From positions 192,001 to 256,000 of the forward strand of contig JAZLKX010000052.1 of assembly GCA_045597865.1 (NCBI GenBank): a stretch of 64,000 nucleotides of DNA, written 5' to 3'. Each line of letters begins with the position of its first letter. Position 1 is the first letter of the stretch. A program made the position numbers and the translations under genes. Origin of the DNA: Bacilli bacterium. GTDB lineage: Bacteria; Bacillota_I; Bacilli_A; RFN20; CAG-826. Shown one piece after another: positions 17,996 to 28,010 of the stretch. The notes under the pieces are model-generated. The model saw only the letters and a program-made list of their open reading frames with translations, had not been told where the DNA came from and did no database searches.

Positions 17996-19036
17996 ATGGT
18001 TAAGTATTCAACTTTTTATAGGATTCAAGAACGCGATAAGTTCTTCAACGGCTTTTGTAAGCGATACATAAAGACGAATGACGAGTCTTTACGCGAAAGC
18101 ATGGAAGACACTGCTTTTGAGCTTATGGAAGTCATTGTAAAGATGCTTCTTGATGATAACCTTGAAGATTTAGTTTATATCTTGTCAAAGCAAAATGCTA
18201 AACACGCTCGAGTTTTCTTTGACTATTTCACTGGCCTAAAAACAAAACATATGAAAAAGGCCGATATCGTTTCGAGTGTGAATGAATTTTTTGACCAAAA
18301 GGAGAAAGACATGAAAGACATTGCGGCTTACCTTAAGGAAACAGTCAAGCCTGTAAAGCTTGAACTAAAGTATAAGCCATTTAAGTTAAATGAAGCTGAC
18401 GATGATGGCGACGATATGGGTGGTGACGACGCAGGTGGCGATGATCCGTTTGGTGATGACGCTGGTGGCGATGATCCATTCGGAGACGATGCTGGCGGTG
18501 ATGATCCGTTTGGCGATGGCGGCGATAGCGCTGGTGGAGATGGCGATAGCGACGGTGACGGCGATGAAGAAAAGGACGGTGACGAAGAAGAAACTGAAGA
18601 AGATGAATACGATATTGAAGGTCACGAAGACGATCCTGAATTTAAGGGCGTTCAGAAAACAGGCGATGTCGTAAAGCCGGCAGCTGCTGCAGCTTGCGTT
18701 GTTAGCATTGATGAAGTGATGGTTGCTTTGAATGCGATGATTAACTCATTGCCTGATAATCAGCTTGCTGAAATTGAAGCAGTTAAGAAAGCCGTTACTT
18801 TGATTTTCAATGGTAAGATTCTTAAGCCTGAAGATGTTACATTCCAGAATCCGAAAAACGCTGCCTTCTTAATCAAAAAGCTCAGCGATAACTTGAATGA
18901 AAAAACTCGCCATTATTTGGTCCGCAAAATCAAGGAGCCTTTGATTAAGCTCCGTGACCAGAACAAGGAAGAACTGGCTGCTATGAAGAACGATACTCAG
19001 AATATCAGATCTACCTTGTCCAAAATGGACATGTAA
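17996..19036 (+). CDS. Hypothetical protein with acidic GGDDPFGDDA repeats
   Basis: Long ORF with internal YLKE and LNE sites preceding the acidic repeat. Confidence 0.7.
   Translation: MVKYSTFYRIQERDKFFNGFCKRYIKTNDESLRESMEDTAFELMEVIVKMLLDDNLEDLVYILSKQNAKHARVFFDYFTGLKTKHMKKADIVSSVNEFFDQKEKDMKDIAAYLKETVKPVKLELKYKPFKLNEADDDGDDMGGDDAGGDDPFGDDAGGDDPFGDDAGGDDPFGDGGDSAGGDGDSDGDGDEEKDGDEEETEEDEYDIEGHEDDPEFKGVQKTGDVVKPAAAAACVVSIDEVMVALNAMINSLPDNQLAEIEAVKKAVTLIFNGKILKPEDVTFQNPKNAAFLIKKLSDNLNEKTRHYLVRKIKEPLIKLRDQNKEELAAMKNDTQNIRSTLSKMDM
18420..18520 (+). repeat. About three copies of a 30-bp coding tandem repeat (GGDDPFGDDA)
   Basis: ggtggcgatgatccgtttggtgatgacgc-like units with synonymous differences. 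Confidence 0.85.
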
Positions 19037-19072
19037 TAAATAGATTAGTTTAAAATTTGAGGTGAATTTATT

Positions 19073-20260
19073 ATGTTAAATGCAACGACGAATGATGGTA
19101 AAAATTTAGCGCTAATCCTATACGGCGACACAAGCGGCTGCTCACACTACAGGCTCCGCTGGAATGCTTTGTACTATGCCGGACATGAACATCTTGGCTT
19201 TGTACCTTTGCTTATGCCATTTCCAATCTTTGATGGTAATTACCTAGCTCGTGCAAAGGCCATCATTATGCAGCGTCCTGTATCGCAACAGCATATTGAA
19301 ATTGTAAAGCGATACAAAGCACTTCAGCCGAAGTTTGGTTATAAACTTGTATTTGAAGTAGATGACCAGGTGTTCAAAATTGATGGCCAATGCGTTCCGC
19401 CGTATAATACAGCATCCTTACATTTTGATGGTGAAGACACAACGAATGCATGTCGCGAAGTATTACCCTTGTTTGATGAAATCGTTGTTTCAACTGATTA
19501 CTTAAAGCAAAAGATGGAAGAAATCTTTGACGTACATAATGTAACTGTTATTCGTAATGTTGTGCCACGCTTCCTCTGGTCTTATCCACGCAAGCAGGAA
19601 ATTACTGAAGACATCAAGAAACCAACTGTAGTGTATTCTGGTTCGCCTTGTCATTATCGCAATCCTGTTCCTAAGCGTGATCCGTCGCCACAAGAGCCAA
19701 ACGGTTTCCCAGGTATTTCTCCATTGAAAGGCGATATGGATAATGCTTGGTGTGATTGGGTGATTAAGAATGTTCGCGAAGATAAAATTAACTTTGTTGT
19801 AATGGGTGCATTGCCTTGGTTCTGGGAGTGCATTAAGGACAAGATTAGGTTTATCCCGTGGGTTGACTGCAATAGCTTCCCAAGACAGGTAATGGAAACC
19901 GGCGCTGACTTTAGTTTCGCACCGCTTGTAAACAATACATTCAATAAGTGTAAGTCAAGTCTTCGCTTTACTGAATCTTGTGCCGCAGGACAGGTATTCT
20001 TAGGAACCGTATTCACGGCTGATAAGGATAGTCCTTACGAAGAAATTCATGAACTGGGTAAAGTTCCTGATAATGCAACAGTTGAACAGATTGATGAAAA
20101 GTTCTGGAATCTCTGTAAAAAGGAAAACTATAATAAGGTACTTAACTGGCAGTATGATTTCATCAATAATGCAGGCTATTGGCTTGAAAGCGATAAGCAT
20201 GCAAATCAGTGGCTATCAATGATTGACAGTGGCGCGGTTTGCAAGACACCGTTTATCTAA
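19073..20260 (+). CDS. Glycosyltransferase (GT-B/GT4-like)
   Basis: SGCSHYRL, LVFEVDD, VSTDYLK, APLVNNTFNKCKSSLRFTE. Confidence 0.85.
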   Translation: MLNATTNDGKNLALILYGDTSGCSHYRLRWNALYYAGHEHLGFVPLLMPFPIFDGNYLARAKAIIMQRPVSQQHIEIVKRYKALQPKFGYKLVFEVDDQVFKIDGQCVPPYNTASLHFDGEDTTNACREVLPLFDEIVVSTDYLKQKMEEIFDVHNVTVIRNVVPRFLWSYPRKQEITEDIKKPTVVYSGSPCHYRNPVPKRDPSPQEPNGFPGISPLKGDMDNAWCDWVIKNVREDKINFVVMGALPWFWECIKDKIRFIPWVDCNSFPRQVMETGADFSFAPLVNNTFNKCKSSLRFTESCAAGQVFLGTVFTADKDSPYEEIHELGKVPDNATVEQIDEKFWNLCKKENYNKVLNWQYDFINNAGYWLESDKHANQWLSMIDSGAVCKTPFI

Positions 20261-20278
20261 TCAGTTAGATTCATTTAT

Positions 20279-20322
20279 GAGGGGACTTAGGCCCCCTCTT
20301 TTTGTGTATAAATACAAAAAGG
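20279..20322 (+). terminator. Terminator overlapping a late-promoter/RBS hairpin
   Basis: GAGGGG-acttagg-c-CCCCTC-TTTTT; TATAAATA 20307-20314; CTTTTTGT 20298-20305 pairs with ACAAAAAG 20314-20321. Confidence 0.7.
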
Positions 20323-20335
20323 AGAATGGTATCTA

Positions 20336-21088
20336 ATGGATTGGTCGGAATATCTAAATCAACAACTGACTGAAACCCTTAAAAAGAAAGTAGTCATTCG
20401 TAATTCAAAGAAGGTCTATAAATGGGTTAGCTCAGACCCTGATAAGTATGATGTCGTTCGTGATGAAAATGGCAACTTTCACGAAGTACCGCGTGATAAA
20501 GCATTGGACAAGAAAAAGTCGTTAATCGCAAAAGTGGTTCAAAAAACATCAAAGAGCAAAGGTAAAGCAAAACGTGCAGCATCATTCAAAGCTCGTGAAC
20601 GCATGAATCTTGAATATGATAAAGAGCTACCTGATATTGTTCGCTCAAGAGGTCCTGGTGGGCACACACCAGGCGGACCAATGAAAGAGTCAACACTTAA
20701 TGAAGCACCGCATTCATACTTATACAGCGATGATGCAGGCGACCATATCTGGGACTTTTATGCTGAGATTAGAAACGACTGCAGTTGGCTTCTTGACGTA
20801 GTTTCAATTTATCAAGAACGTAAGTTATTGACTCAGGACGGTGGTGCTCAAGAAAACGAAGAGCTACTTGATATTCCTGAAGAAGCGCTTCCTGAGATTA
20901 CTGACAACCTAATGTATAACATTGAGTTCTTACTTATTGCTGCTAAAGATTTTGTAAGAGCTCCAATGGATATTAAAAACAAGTTCAAAAATGGCATTCC
21001 TGTTAAACTTTTTGATGCGTTAAAACCTTACATTGATAAAATGCAACGCAAAACTCCGCTGTCCGACTATCAGGACGACAATAAATAA
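20336..21088 (+). CDS. Putative prohead core protein (gp68-like basic N-domain)
   Basis: YLNQQLTE leader, then KKKVVIRN...KGKAKRAASFKAR; next to the portal gene. Confidence 0.45.
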   Translation: MDWSEYLNQQLTETLKKKVVIRNSKKVYKWVSSDPDKYDVVRDENGNFHEVPRDKALDKKKSLIAKVVQKTSKSKGKAKRAASFKARERMNLEYDKELPDIVRSRGPGGHTPGGPMKESTLNEAPHSYLYSDDAGDHIWDFYAEIRNDCSWLLDVVSIYQERKLLTQDGGAQENEELLDIPEEALPEITDNLMYNIEFLLIAAKDFVRAPMDIKNKFKNGIPVKLFDALKPYIDKMQRKTPLSDYQDDNK

Positions 21089-21108
21089 ACTAGCAGTGAG
21101 GATATAAA

Positions 21109-22716
21109 ATGGATTTTCAATTATGGAACCCGTTCTCTAGCCGATTCTTGCAGGTGATACCTGATAAAGCACAGACTAGAGAAAAAGAAACAAAGCTAAA
21201 TTCATACGGTGTTGGCGAAGATACACTTGACTTGGGTAAGCTCATTCGCGGCTATTCAAATTCAAGCACAGTAACCACATACCCATTTGAACAGAATAAC
21301 ATCGTCTTTGATACTTTGTTCACAACAAAGCGTCAGCGTGTGAACTGGTACCGCACAATGTCAAACTATTCATTCGTCAAGAAACTTATCAATATCATTT
21401 GTAATGAATGTGTTGCTAAGGGCGTAAATGGTGAAATGGCAAGGCTAGAAATTGACCCTGCATATCGTGACCAGTTTACTGACTATGAATACAATTCGTT
21501 GGTCAAGGAATTTAACTACATCATTAACGCTGTGCTTCAAAAGAATAAGCTCAAAAAGCTTTTCCGTAAGTGGCTTATTGACGGTGAATTATTCCTTGAA
21601 GTTTGCTTGAATGATGAAGGCGACTGTATCGCCGGTGTTAAGGCATTGCCTCCGTACTGCACACTTTGTGTTTACAATGAAGGCATTTTGACTGGCTTTG
21701 TTCAGGACCCATCTTTGATTAGTCCAGAACATTCAAAGAATGAAATCAAAACATTTACACGAAACCAAATCGCTTATTCAAACTACGGCGTTTACGGCAA
21801 TAATCTCAATGATGTTAAAGGTCACCTTGAGGCTGCTATTCGTCCAGTGAATATGCTTCGTGCTTTGCAGGACGCACAGAACGTTTATTTCATGACTCGT
21901 GCACCAGAAAAGAGAATTTGGAAAATCAATGCTGGCGGTAAGCCGGCAGCCCAGCAACAGGAATACTTACAACAGTGCATCTATCAGTACCGTCAAGATC
22001 TTCGTTTAGATCCTCACTCCGGTCTTGTAAACGGTGCGCAGAATACACAAGCATTGACTCAAGACTTCTGGTTTACAACTGACCGTAATGGTCAGGGTTC
22101 AACTGTTGAAACATTCCAGGGTGGACAAACACTTCAGGGTTTGACTGAATCTATTCAGAGCTATCGTGAAGAAGTCGCTGATGCTATGGAAGTTCCGGGT
22201 ACCCGTTGGAAGGGTGAACCTGGTTCATCACAGTATGTTCAGGGTGTTGAAGGCTTGAGCATTGATGAAAGCTCATTCCAGTTACGCTGTGATGAATGGG
22301 CTAGCGATTTTGCTGAAATCATTAAGCAGCTTCTTATCGTTCAGCTACAGGTTGCTGGCTACGATGAAAAGTATTTGGACAATAAGATTTACAACATCTC
22401 ATTGATTCCTGCTACTGATACAACAAAATATCGTGAAATGGCTCTCGCAGAAAAACGCGCTGCTGTTCTTGGTTCTGTTGCTACTATGATGCCTACCAGA
22501 GCTAATATCAAGGACGATGGCGATGAAGCTCCTCCGATGTTTGCTACCAACTTCGTATTGGGAGAAATGTGTGGTTATTCAACTGAACAGTTAATGAAGA
22601 ACCGTCAGTCTCTTGAAAACGAAATCGCTGAAATGAGAATTAAGGCTGAAGCTGCTAAGGAAGAAGGCGGTGATGATGAAGACGGCGACAGCGATGATGG
22701 TGACATGGACTTCTAA
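21109..22716 (+). CDS. Portal protein (T4 gp20)
   Basis: FRKWLIDGELF, LEAAIRPVNMLRALQDA..YFMTRAPEKRIWKI, QDFWF....GQGSTVETFQGG. Confidence 0.95.
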   Translation: MDFQLWNPFSSRFLQVIPDKAQTREKETKLNSYGVGEDTLDLGKLIRGYSNSSTVTTYPFEQNNIVFDTLFTTKRQRVNWYRTMSNYSFVKKLINIICNECVAKGVNGEMARLEIDPAYRDQFTDYEYNSLVKEFNYIINAVLQKNKLKKLFRKWLIDGELFLEVCLNDEGDCIAGVKALPPYCTLCVYNEGILTGFVQDPSLISPEHSKNEIKTFTRNQIAYSNYGVYGNNLNDVKGHLEAAIRPVNMLRALQDAQNVYFMTRAPEKRIWKINAGGKPAAQQQEYLQQCIYQYRQDLRLDPHSGLVNGAQNTQALTQDFWFTTDRNGQGSTVETFQGGQTLQGLTESIQSYREEVADAMEVPGTRWKGEPGSSQYVQGVEGLSIDESSFQLRCDEWASDFAEIIKQLLIVQLQVAGYDEKYLDNKIYNISLIPATDTTKYREMALAEKRAAVLGSVATMMPTRANIKDDGDEAPPMFATNFVLGEMCGYSTEQLMKNRQSLENEIAEMRIKAEAAKEEGGDDEDGDSDDGDMDF

Positions 22717-23423
22717 TGAATTATAATGGCCAAAAGGCAATTATTAGTTTGACTTCGTGGGCTGGGCGAATTGGTGATACTGCACCAGTTGCCCTCCACA
22801 ATATCATTACTATGTGCCCTGATTTTCATATCGTATTGGTTTTAAGTGAAGACGAATTTCCAAACAAAGAAGCTGGCCTTCCACCGATGATACAACAATT
22901 AGCTGAAACTCGTATTGAAATTTTATGGGTTAAGAAAAACTACAAAACATTAAAGAAAGTTTTATTCACAATGGCTAAGTATCGTGATGTGCCAATAATT
23001 TCAGCTGATGATGACCGTGTATATCGCTGTAATTTTGCGCAGATCCTGTATGACGAATGGAAAGCAAGCGGAAACAAGATTGTCACTATGGATGTAGCTG
23101 ATTTTCGTAATGGAAATTATACTGCTGGGTGGGGTACTTTGTATGCGCCAAATTGTTTTGAAGACATTGATGGAATCATCGCGGAAATAAATAAACCTGA
23201 GAATAAAATTTACTATGATGACGATGATGCTTATATGGAAGTATTGCGGTGCAGACATGTGATTTTTCCTAAACATGCAACTATAGAAGGTCCTTCAAAT
23301 GAACAGTTAGCAACCATGAAAGATCAGTTTAAGATTTATACGAATGCAGAATTACATGGTAAAATAAGAATGAAACAGGGTAAAGACACAGATGGTTTCA
23401 TCTTTACTTACTTAGGACTATAA
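22716..23423 (+). CDS. Glycosyltransferase-like protein (GT-A, DDD motif)
   Basis: IISLTSWAGRI, IISADDDRVY, GWGTLYAPNCF. Confidence 0.75.
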   Translation: MNYNGQKAIISLTSWAGRIGDTAPVALHNIITMCPDFHIVLVLSEDEFPNKEAGLPPMIQQLAETRIEILWVKKNYKTLKKVLFTMAKYRDVPIISADDDRVYRCNFAQILYDEWKASGNKIVTMDVADFRNGNYTAGWGTLYAPNCFEDIDGIIAEINKPENKIYYDDDDAYMEVLRCRHVIFPKHATIEGPSNEQLATMKDQFKIYTNAELHGKIRMKQGKDTDGFIFTYLGL

Positions 23424-23459
23424 ACATTATAAATAAAATATAGAAAGGAGATTTTAATC

Positions 23460-24041
23460 ATGGCCGAAAACAATATGAGCGTTTTTACTACTAATATCAA
23501 GAACTTAGAAGACCTTGCTAAACAGTATCTATTTCAGGTAAATTTCAAGTTTGATAATAAAGCACTAGCTGACATGCTTGGCACTGAAGATTTGATGCTT
23601 CGTGCTAAGACTGCATCTATGCCTGCTAAATCATTCGGTGAATTAACCACTGAATATATGGGCTCAAAGCTTGTTTACCCTGGTAAGGCAACTGTAGATG
23701 GTGACCTTTCCATTACATTTGATGAATTCCAGGATATGACAATTTCTAAGACATTCCATCGCTGGCAGAACTTAATGTTTAACCATGCCATTGATGATGA
23801 CATTGATGCACAAGGCACCACAGGTGGCGCATATTCAAATATGCTTAAGGATTATACTGCAACTATCACCGTTGACTTGTATGATTCTACTTTGACTACA
23901 AAGCTACCAATTTCCTATGAATTCAAGTTTGCATGGCCTAAGGAATTTGCATCCGCTGAATTGAATATGGAAGGTGACGGCAAGATTCAGCGTTCTGTCA
24001 CATTTAAGTATTCTACTTATAAAGTAATTTCAAACCGTTAA
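23460..24041 (+). CDS. Tail tube protein (T4 gp19)
   Basis: AKTASMPA...YMGSKLVYPG...ITFDE...AWP...L...VTFKY; TATAAATA 23428-23435; highly expressed codon usage. Confidence 0.88.
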   Translation: MAENNMSVFTTNIKNLEDLAKQYLFQVNFKFDNKALADMLGTEDLMLRAKTASMPAKSFGELTTEYMGSKLVYPGKATVDGDLSITFDEFQDMTISKTFHRWQNLMFNHAIDDDIDAQGTTGGAYSNMLKDYTATITVDLYDSTLTTKLPISYEFKFAWPKEFASAELNMEGDGKIQRSVTFKYSTYKVISNR

Positions 24042-24051
24042 GAGGTAAACA

Positions 24052-24399
24052 ATGGATTTAGCACAGTACGCCATCAGCGAGTTGGAAAGCACTCGCCCCG
24101 TAAATGAATCTACATCGGTCTACGGTAAGACTGATGTATTCAAGGGTGATAAGTACTGCGGTCCTCACCATCACGATTACGTTTTGTGGGCACCCCAGAT
24201 TGGTTGGGGCAAGACCGGTGACGCATTAGACGATCCTGAAAAAGGCAAGATCTGTGCTGGAACCCATGAACATATGATTGTTGATGGTAAGGTACTTGAA
24301 GCATTTGGGCATACTCATAAGCTTCTTGCAGGTACTAATGTTCTAGATACAAACCCTGCTCCAATGCAGGCAACAAAGGTAGTGGAGGTTGATGACTAA
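24052..24399 (+). CDS. Small His-rich putative metal-binding protein
   Basis: HHHDY, THEH and GHTHKL motifs. Confidence 0.6.
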   Translation: MDLAQYAISELESTRPVNESTSVYGKTDVFKGDKYCGPHHHDYVLWAPQIGWGKTGDALDDPEKGKICAGTHEHMIVDGKVLEAFGHTHKLLAGTNVLDTNPAPMQATKVVEVDD

Positions 24400-24872
24400 T
24401 GGAAAACGAAGTTCAAATTGAAGTTCAGACAACTGCTCAGAAAGAACAGGTTCCAACCGACTTCCTTTCATTCCTTGCCAGCACAACAGACAATGAATGT
24501 TCAAAACTTTACACCTTTGCAGTTGATGCACTAACCTTTTCAAATAAGGTAAACATTTATCATTGGACTTGTAAGTCCGGTTTCCAGCATACACACTTTG
24601 AAGAAGTTTACGAAATCATCAGAAAGTTTGCTGACAGGCTCGTTGAAACGGTCATGTCAATGGGTTACGAATTTAAGATCGAGTCAAAGAACTATCTGAT
24701 TAACGGTGAACTATTTGATTTTGAAGGTGCTATGCTAAAGCTTCAGGCATTCCGAGATGAGCTAGAAGCGAAAAAGAAACAGTACTCTACTAAGATTTCT
24801 TTGGATAATCTCTTTGGCGATACCATTGAGGCGTTGGATAAAGAAATCGGGCTCTTAAAGAATTTTACCTAA
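24399..24872 (+). CDS. Ferritin/Dps-like four-helix protein
   Basis: IYHW...FQHTHFEEVYE....ADRLVE. Confidence 0.75.
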   Translation: MENEVQIEVQTTAQKEQVPTDFLSFLASTTDNECSKLYTFAVDALTFSNKVNIYHWTCKSGFQHTHFEEVYEIIRKFADRLVETVMSMGYEFKIESKNYLINGELFDFEGAMLKLQAFRDELEAKKKQYSTKISLDNLFGDTIEALDKEIGLLKNFT

Positions 24873-24889
24873 GGGTTTAAAACATACTG

Positions 24890-24918
24890 CCGTGGACTGA
24901 AACATGTCCACGGTTTTT
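24890..24918 (+). terminator. Rho-independent terminator
   Basis: CCGTGGAC / GTCCACGG followed by T5. Confidence 0.85.
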
Positions 24919-25019
24919 CAGACTTATAAACCTAGGATATTGGGTTTGAAAACCTAATAAATAATTTAAGAGTATGGAAATAACACATCTCGGTGTATAA
25001 AACAAATTGGAGGATTAAC

Positions 25020-25982
25020 ATGGATAAGATTATTGAAAAACTTGCTGGTGTCCTTTCCGCAGAAGACTTGAATGAAGTCAAGGCTGCATTTGAGGCTGCT
25101 GTCACTGAACGCTTGCAAGCTAAACTTGATGAAGAAACTTCAAATCTTGCCAAGAAAGCTGAAGAATTCTGCCAGTTGAGAATCAAGGAAGCAGTTGAAA
25201 AGAAGACTGCTGAATTGGAAAACCTAGCTAATAAGTATTGTGAAGAACGCTGTGCCAAGATTACTGAAAAGGCACAGGCTCGCCTTGATGCTCAAACCAA
25301 GCAGTTGGAAGAAGCAGCTCAGCAATACATTTACATGTTCTTTGAAGAAAAGTATCAGGAACGTTGCGGCCAGGATCTCAAGGAGCTCGAAGAAAGCTTG
25401 ATTGGTACCCTTGACAATTATCTTGAGTATACTATCTCCGAAAAGATTAGTCCTGCACTTATTAAGCAAACTGCTATCAACGAAACATACGAGCCGATCA
25501 TCAAGGTCATTCAGAACGCTTTTGAAGACAAGTTTGTGCCGCTTGACACAACTGGTACTCGCAAGATTCAGGAATGCAAGGTTGAAAACGCTCAGTTGAG
25601 AAAGGATCTTGCTACTCAGTGCAATGAAGTTCATCGCTTGAATGAAATGGTGGACAAGGCTAATAAGCGTGCCCTTATTGCTGAAAAGACAGCTGGTCTA
25701 GCACCCTCACAGGTTGCTAGAGTCAAGAACATGTTTGAAAGCAAGAGCTATGCTGCTACAAAGAAGGAAATTGATTCCTATGTTGAAGTAATGAATGAAC
25801 GTGCCCCTCTTATGAAGAGACCGGCTCAGCGCCTTCAGGAAAACACAACATTGAAAACAAAATCCTTGAATGTAGAAGATACCACGGAAGATATCATTAC
25901 TGAAAAATATCAGCCAAAGAAGAAAATGTCACAGACGGATTCCTTCTTGCTCCAGGCTGCTCACTTTTCAAGAGAAAAATAA
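25020..25982 (+). CDS. Prohead core scaffold (T4 gp22-like)
   Basis: AAFEAAVTERL, LDNYLEY, coiled coil; directly before the major capsid gene; GGAGG SD before ATG 25020. Confidence 0.85.
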   Translation: MDKIIEKLAGVLSAEDLNEVKAAFEAAVTERLQAKLDEETSNLAKKAEEFCQLRIKEAVEKKTAELENLANKYCEERCAKITEKAQARLDAQTKQLEEAAQQYIYMFFEEKYQERCGQDLKELEESLIGTLDNYLEYTISEKISPALIKQTAINETYEPIIKVIQNAFEDKFVPLDTTGTRKIQECKVENAQLRKDLATQCNEVHRLNEMVDKANKRALIAEKTAGLAPSQVARVKNMFESKSYAATKKEIDSYVEVMNERAPLMKRPAQRLQENTTLKTKSLNVEDTTEDIITEKYQPKKKMSQTDSFLLQAAHFSREK

Positions 25983-26064
25983 AAAGTCAAATAATAAATA
26001 AAATAAAATGACAAACTAAATAGTTTGTCTCAGTGATTTAATTCAAAACTCATCGGAGGATTAA

Positions 26065-27348
26065 ATGAGAGGAATCAGACAAGAAATCGTTGAGCGCTGG
26101 ACAAAGGAAGTTCCGGAAGGAATTTCTGTCGCCGACATTCAGAATCGCTATATCCGCGAAAACGTCGCTCAGTTGATGGAAAACCAGCAGAATGACGCAA
26201 TGCATTCTACATTGAACGAAGACTTTGGTATTGGCGTGGGCGCTCCGCTCGGTGCTGACCAGGGTATCCCACACGGTGGTGACGCTAAGGCAGTTTTTGC
26301 TCCAGTTTCACTTGCACTCGTTCGCCGTGTGTTCCCGCAGTTGTTCGCAAACGTTCTCGTTGGCGTTCAGGCAATGCAGGGTCCTGTAGGTCTTGCTTAC
26401 GCTATGCGTACTGTCTATAAGGACGAACTTGACCAGGGTAAGGTTGTTGAAGCTGCATGGAAGGACGTTCCAGAATACTCTGGCTTCACAGGTTCTACTG
26501 CAAATACTTCTGGCAAGATTGATGCTGGTACTGCAGTTGAAACTCAGGCTGCTGAAGGTTGGTCTATCAATGATCATGACAAGCAGGGTAAGATCCCTGA
26601 ATTGGCTATCATGTTCAGCCGTCAGGCTATCGTAGCTGGCACTCGTAAGATTGCTTCTAGCTTCAGCCTTGAATCTATTGATGACATCAAGAAGATGCAG
26701 GGTGTTGACATGGTTAACGACATGGTTAACGTTCTTCAGTACGAATTGACTGCTGAAATTGACCGTGAAACAATCGCTCGTTGTAAGGCTCTTACCAAGC
26801 TTAAGACAATCCGTCCTGCTGCTGAAGCTGCTACTGACGGTTGGTCTGGACGTTGGTCTCAGGAACGTTTGAGCAACATTGTTACTCACATTATCGCTGC
26901 TTCTAACGATATTGCTATCGCAACTCGTAAGGCACCTGGTAACATTGCTGTTGTTTCTCCTGCTGTCGCAACTGCTCTTCAGTCTGCAACACAGTTCTTC
27001 AACAAGATCACACACGAAGTAACAGGTTCTACTGCAACAGTTGAAGTTGGTACTTTGAACGGTGGTCAGATTAAGGTTTACCGCGATGCTTACGCTGTAA
27101 ATAAGGGCGTTGATAACGAAGAAGTTCTCATCGCTTATAAGGGCGCATCTAACGATGACGCTGGCGTAATCTTCTGTCCGTACGTTACTGGCGTGGTTAA
27201 CCAGGCTATTGACCCGAACACATTCAGCCCTCGTATCGGTATCATGACTCGCTATGCATTTGCTAACAACATGCTCGGCGCAGATAACTACTACCGTACA
27301 TTGAAGTTCGAAGGTCTTGCTGGTAAGATTGCTGGTGATACATACTAA
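26065..27348 (+). CDS. Major capsid protein (T4 gp23)
   Basis: LMENQ, LVRRVFPQL...VGVQAMQGPVGL, LTAEIDRE, FCPY, TFSPRIGIMTRY. Confidence 0.97.
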   Translation: MRGIRQEIVERWTKEVPEGISVADIQNRYIRENVAQLMENQQNDAMHSTLNEDFGIGVGAPLGADQGIPHGGDAKAVFAPVSLALVRRVFPQLFANVLVGVQAMQGPVGLAYAMRTVYKDELDQGKVVEAAWKDVPEYSGFTGSTANTSGKIDAGTAVETQAAEGWSINDHDKQGKIPELAIMFSRQAIVAGTRKIASSFSLESIDDIKKMQGVDMVNDMVNVLQYELTAEIDRETIARCKALTKLKTIRPAAEAATDGWSGRWSQERLSNIVTHIIAASNDIAIATRKAPGNIAVVSPAVATALQSATQFFNKITHEVTGSTATVEVGTLNGGQIKVYRDAYAVNKGVDNEEVLIAYKGASNDDAGVIFCPYVTGVVNQAIDPNTFSPRIGIMTRYAFANNMLGADNYYRTLKFEGLAGKIAGDTY

Positions 27349-27400
27349 TCGGTAGTCGGTAAATTAACAAGAAACATTTTTTCATAGGAGAAATAAAAAT

Positions 27401-27910
27401 ATGAAACCTACAGTTCAAGCTCCTGACTTCTACAAGATTGGTAATGACTACGCTCAGGCACCGCTTTCTAGTTTCTTTGATACATCAGTATTGCCTGCTG
27501 ACGAAATTGAAAAGAAGGCATTGGCAATTCTTGGTTATAAGGCAGTTCCCGCAGAAGTTACAGATGAAACTCAGGCTGGTTATGATAAGTGGATGACATG
27601 GTCAGCACTTACTGCACAGCTTGCTGAAACACCTGCATTCTATCAGGATGGCATCTATACCAAGCTCGCTGCTGATCTCGCAGCTGGCGAATACAGCGCT
27701 GCTCCGTTCAAGAATCCGGAAGGCTTTAACAAGCGCCGCGTATACGAAGATGACAAGACTGTTCTTCTTAACGTTGGTGAAACCTACGGTAAGGACGGCG
27801 AAAACGTTAAGGTTACTGAAGACAAGGAACAGCCTGCATACGACTCTAAGCAGTACGGTGCAGCTGATATCGTTGCCGAAGAACAGTACGTTGAAGGTGA
27901 CGAAGCCTAA
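27401..27910 (+). CDS. Highly expressed virion protein, possibly capsid decoration
   Basis: Co-transcribed with the major capsid gene, same optimal codons, AGGAG SD. Confidence 0.55.
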   Translation: MKPTVQAPDFYKIGNDYAQAPLSSFFDTSVLPADEIEKKALAILGYKAVPAEVTDETQAGYDKWMTWSALTAQLAETPAFYQDGIYTKLAADLAAGEYSAAPFKNPEGFNKRRVYEDDKTVLLNVGETYGKDGENVKVTEDKEQPAYDSKQYGAADIVAEEQYVEGDEA

Positions 27911-27931
27911 TCTGAAAGTCAGATAAAAATT

Positions 27932-27962
27932 AAAAAGCTACCCTTTCGGGGGTAGCTTTTTT
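27932..27962 (+). terminator. Strong (probably bidirectional) terminator with a UUCG loop
   Basis: AAAAAGCTACCCT-TTCG-GGGGTAGCTTTTTT. Confidence 0.9.
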
Positions 27963-28010
27963 CGTCTAATAAATACAACAAAAATTAAACCATTCGTGAG
28001 GTGATTTATT

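Noticed and set aside
16990-18520. Tandem repeats as a possible CRISPR array
   Set aside because: In-frame coding repeats (EESSD, GGDDPFGDDA) with synonymous variation and no unique spacers
26308-27015. 235-aa minus-strand ORF
   Set aside because: Shadow of the strongly codon-biased major capsid gene
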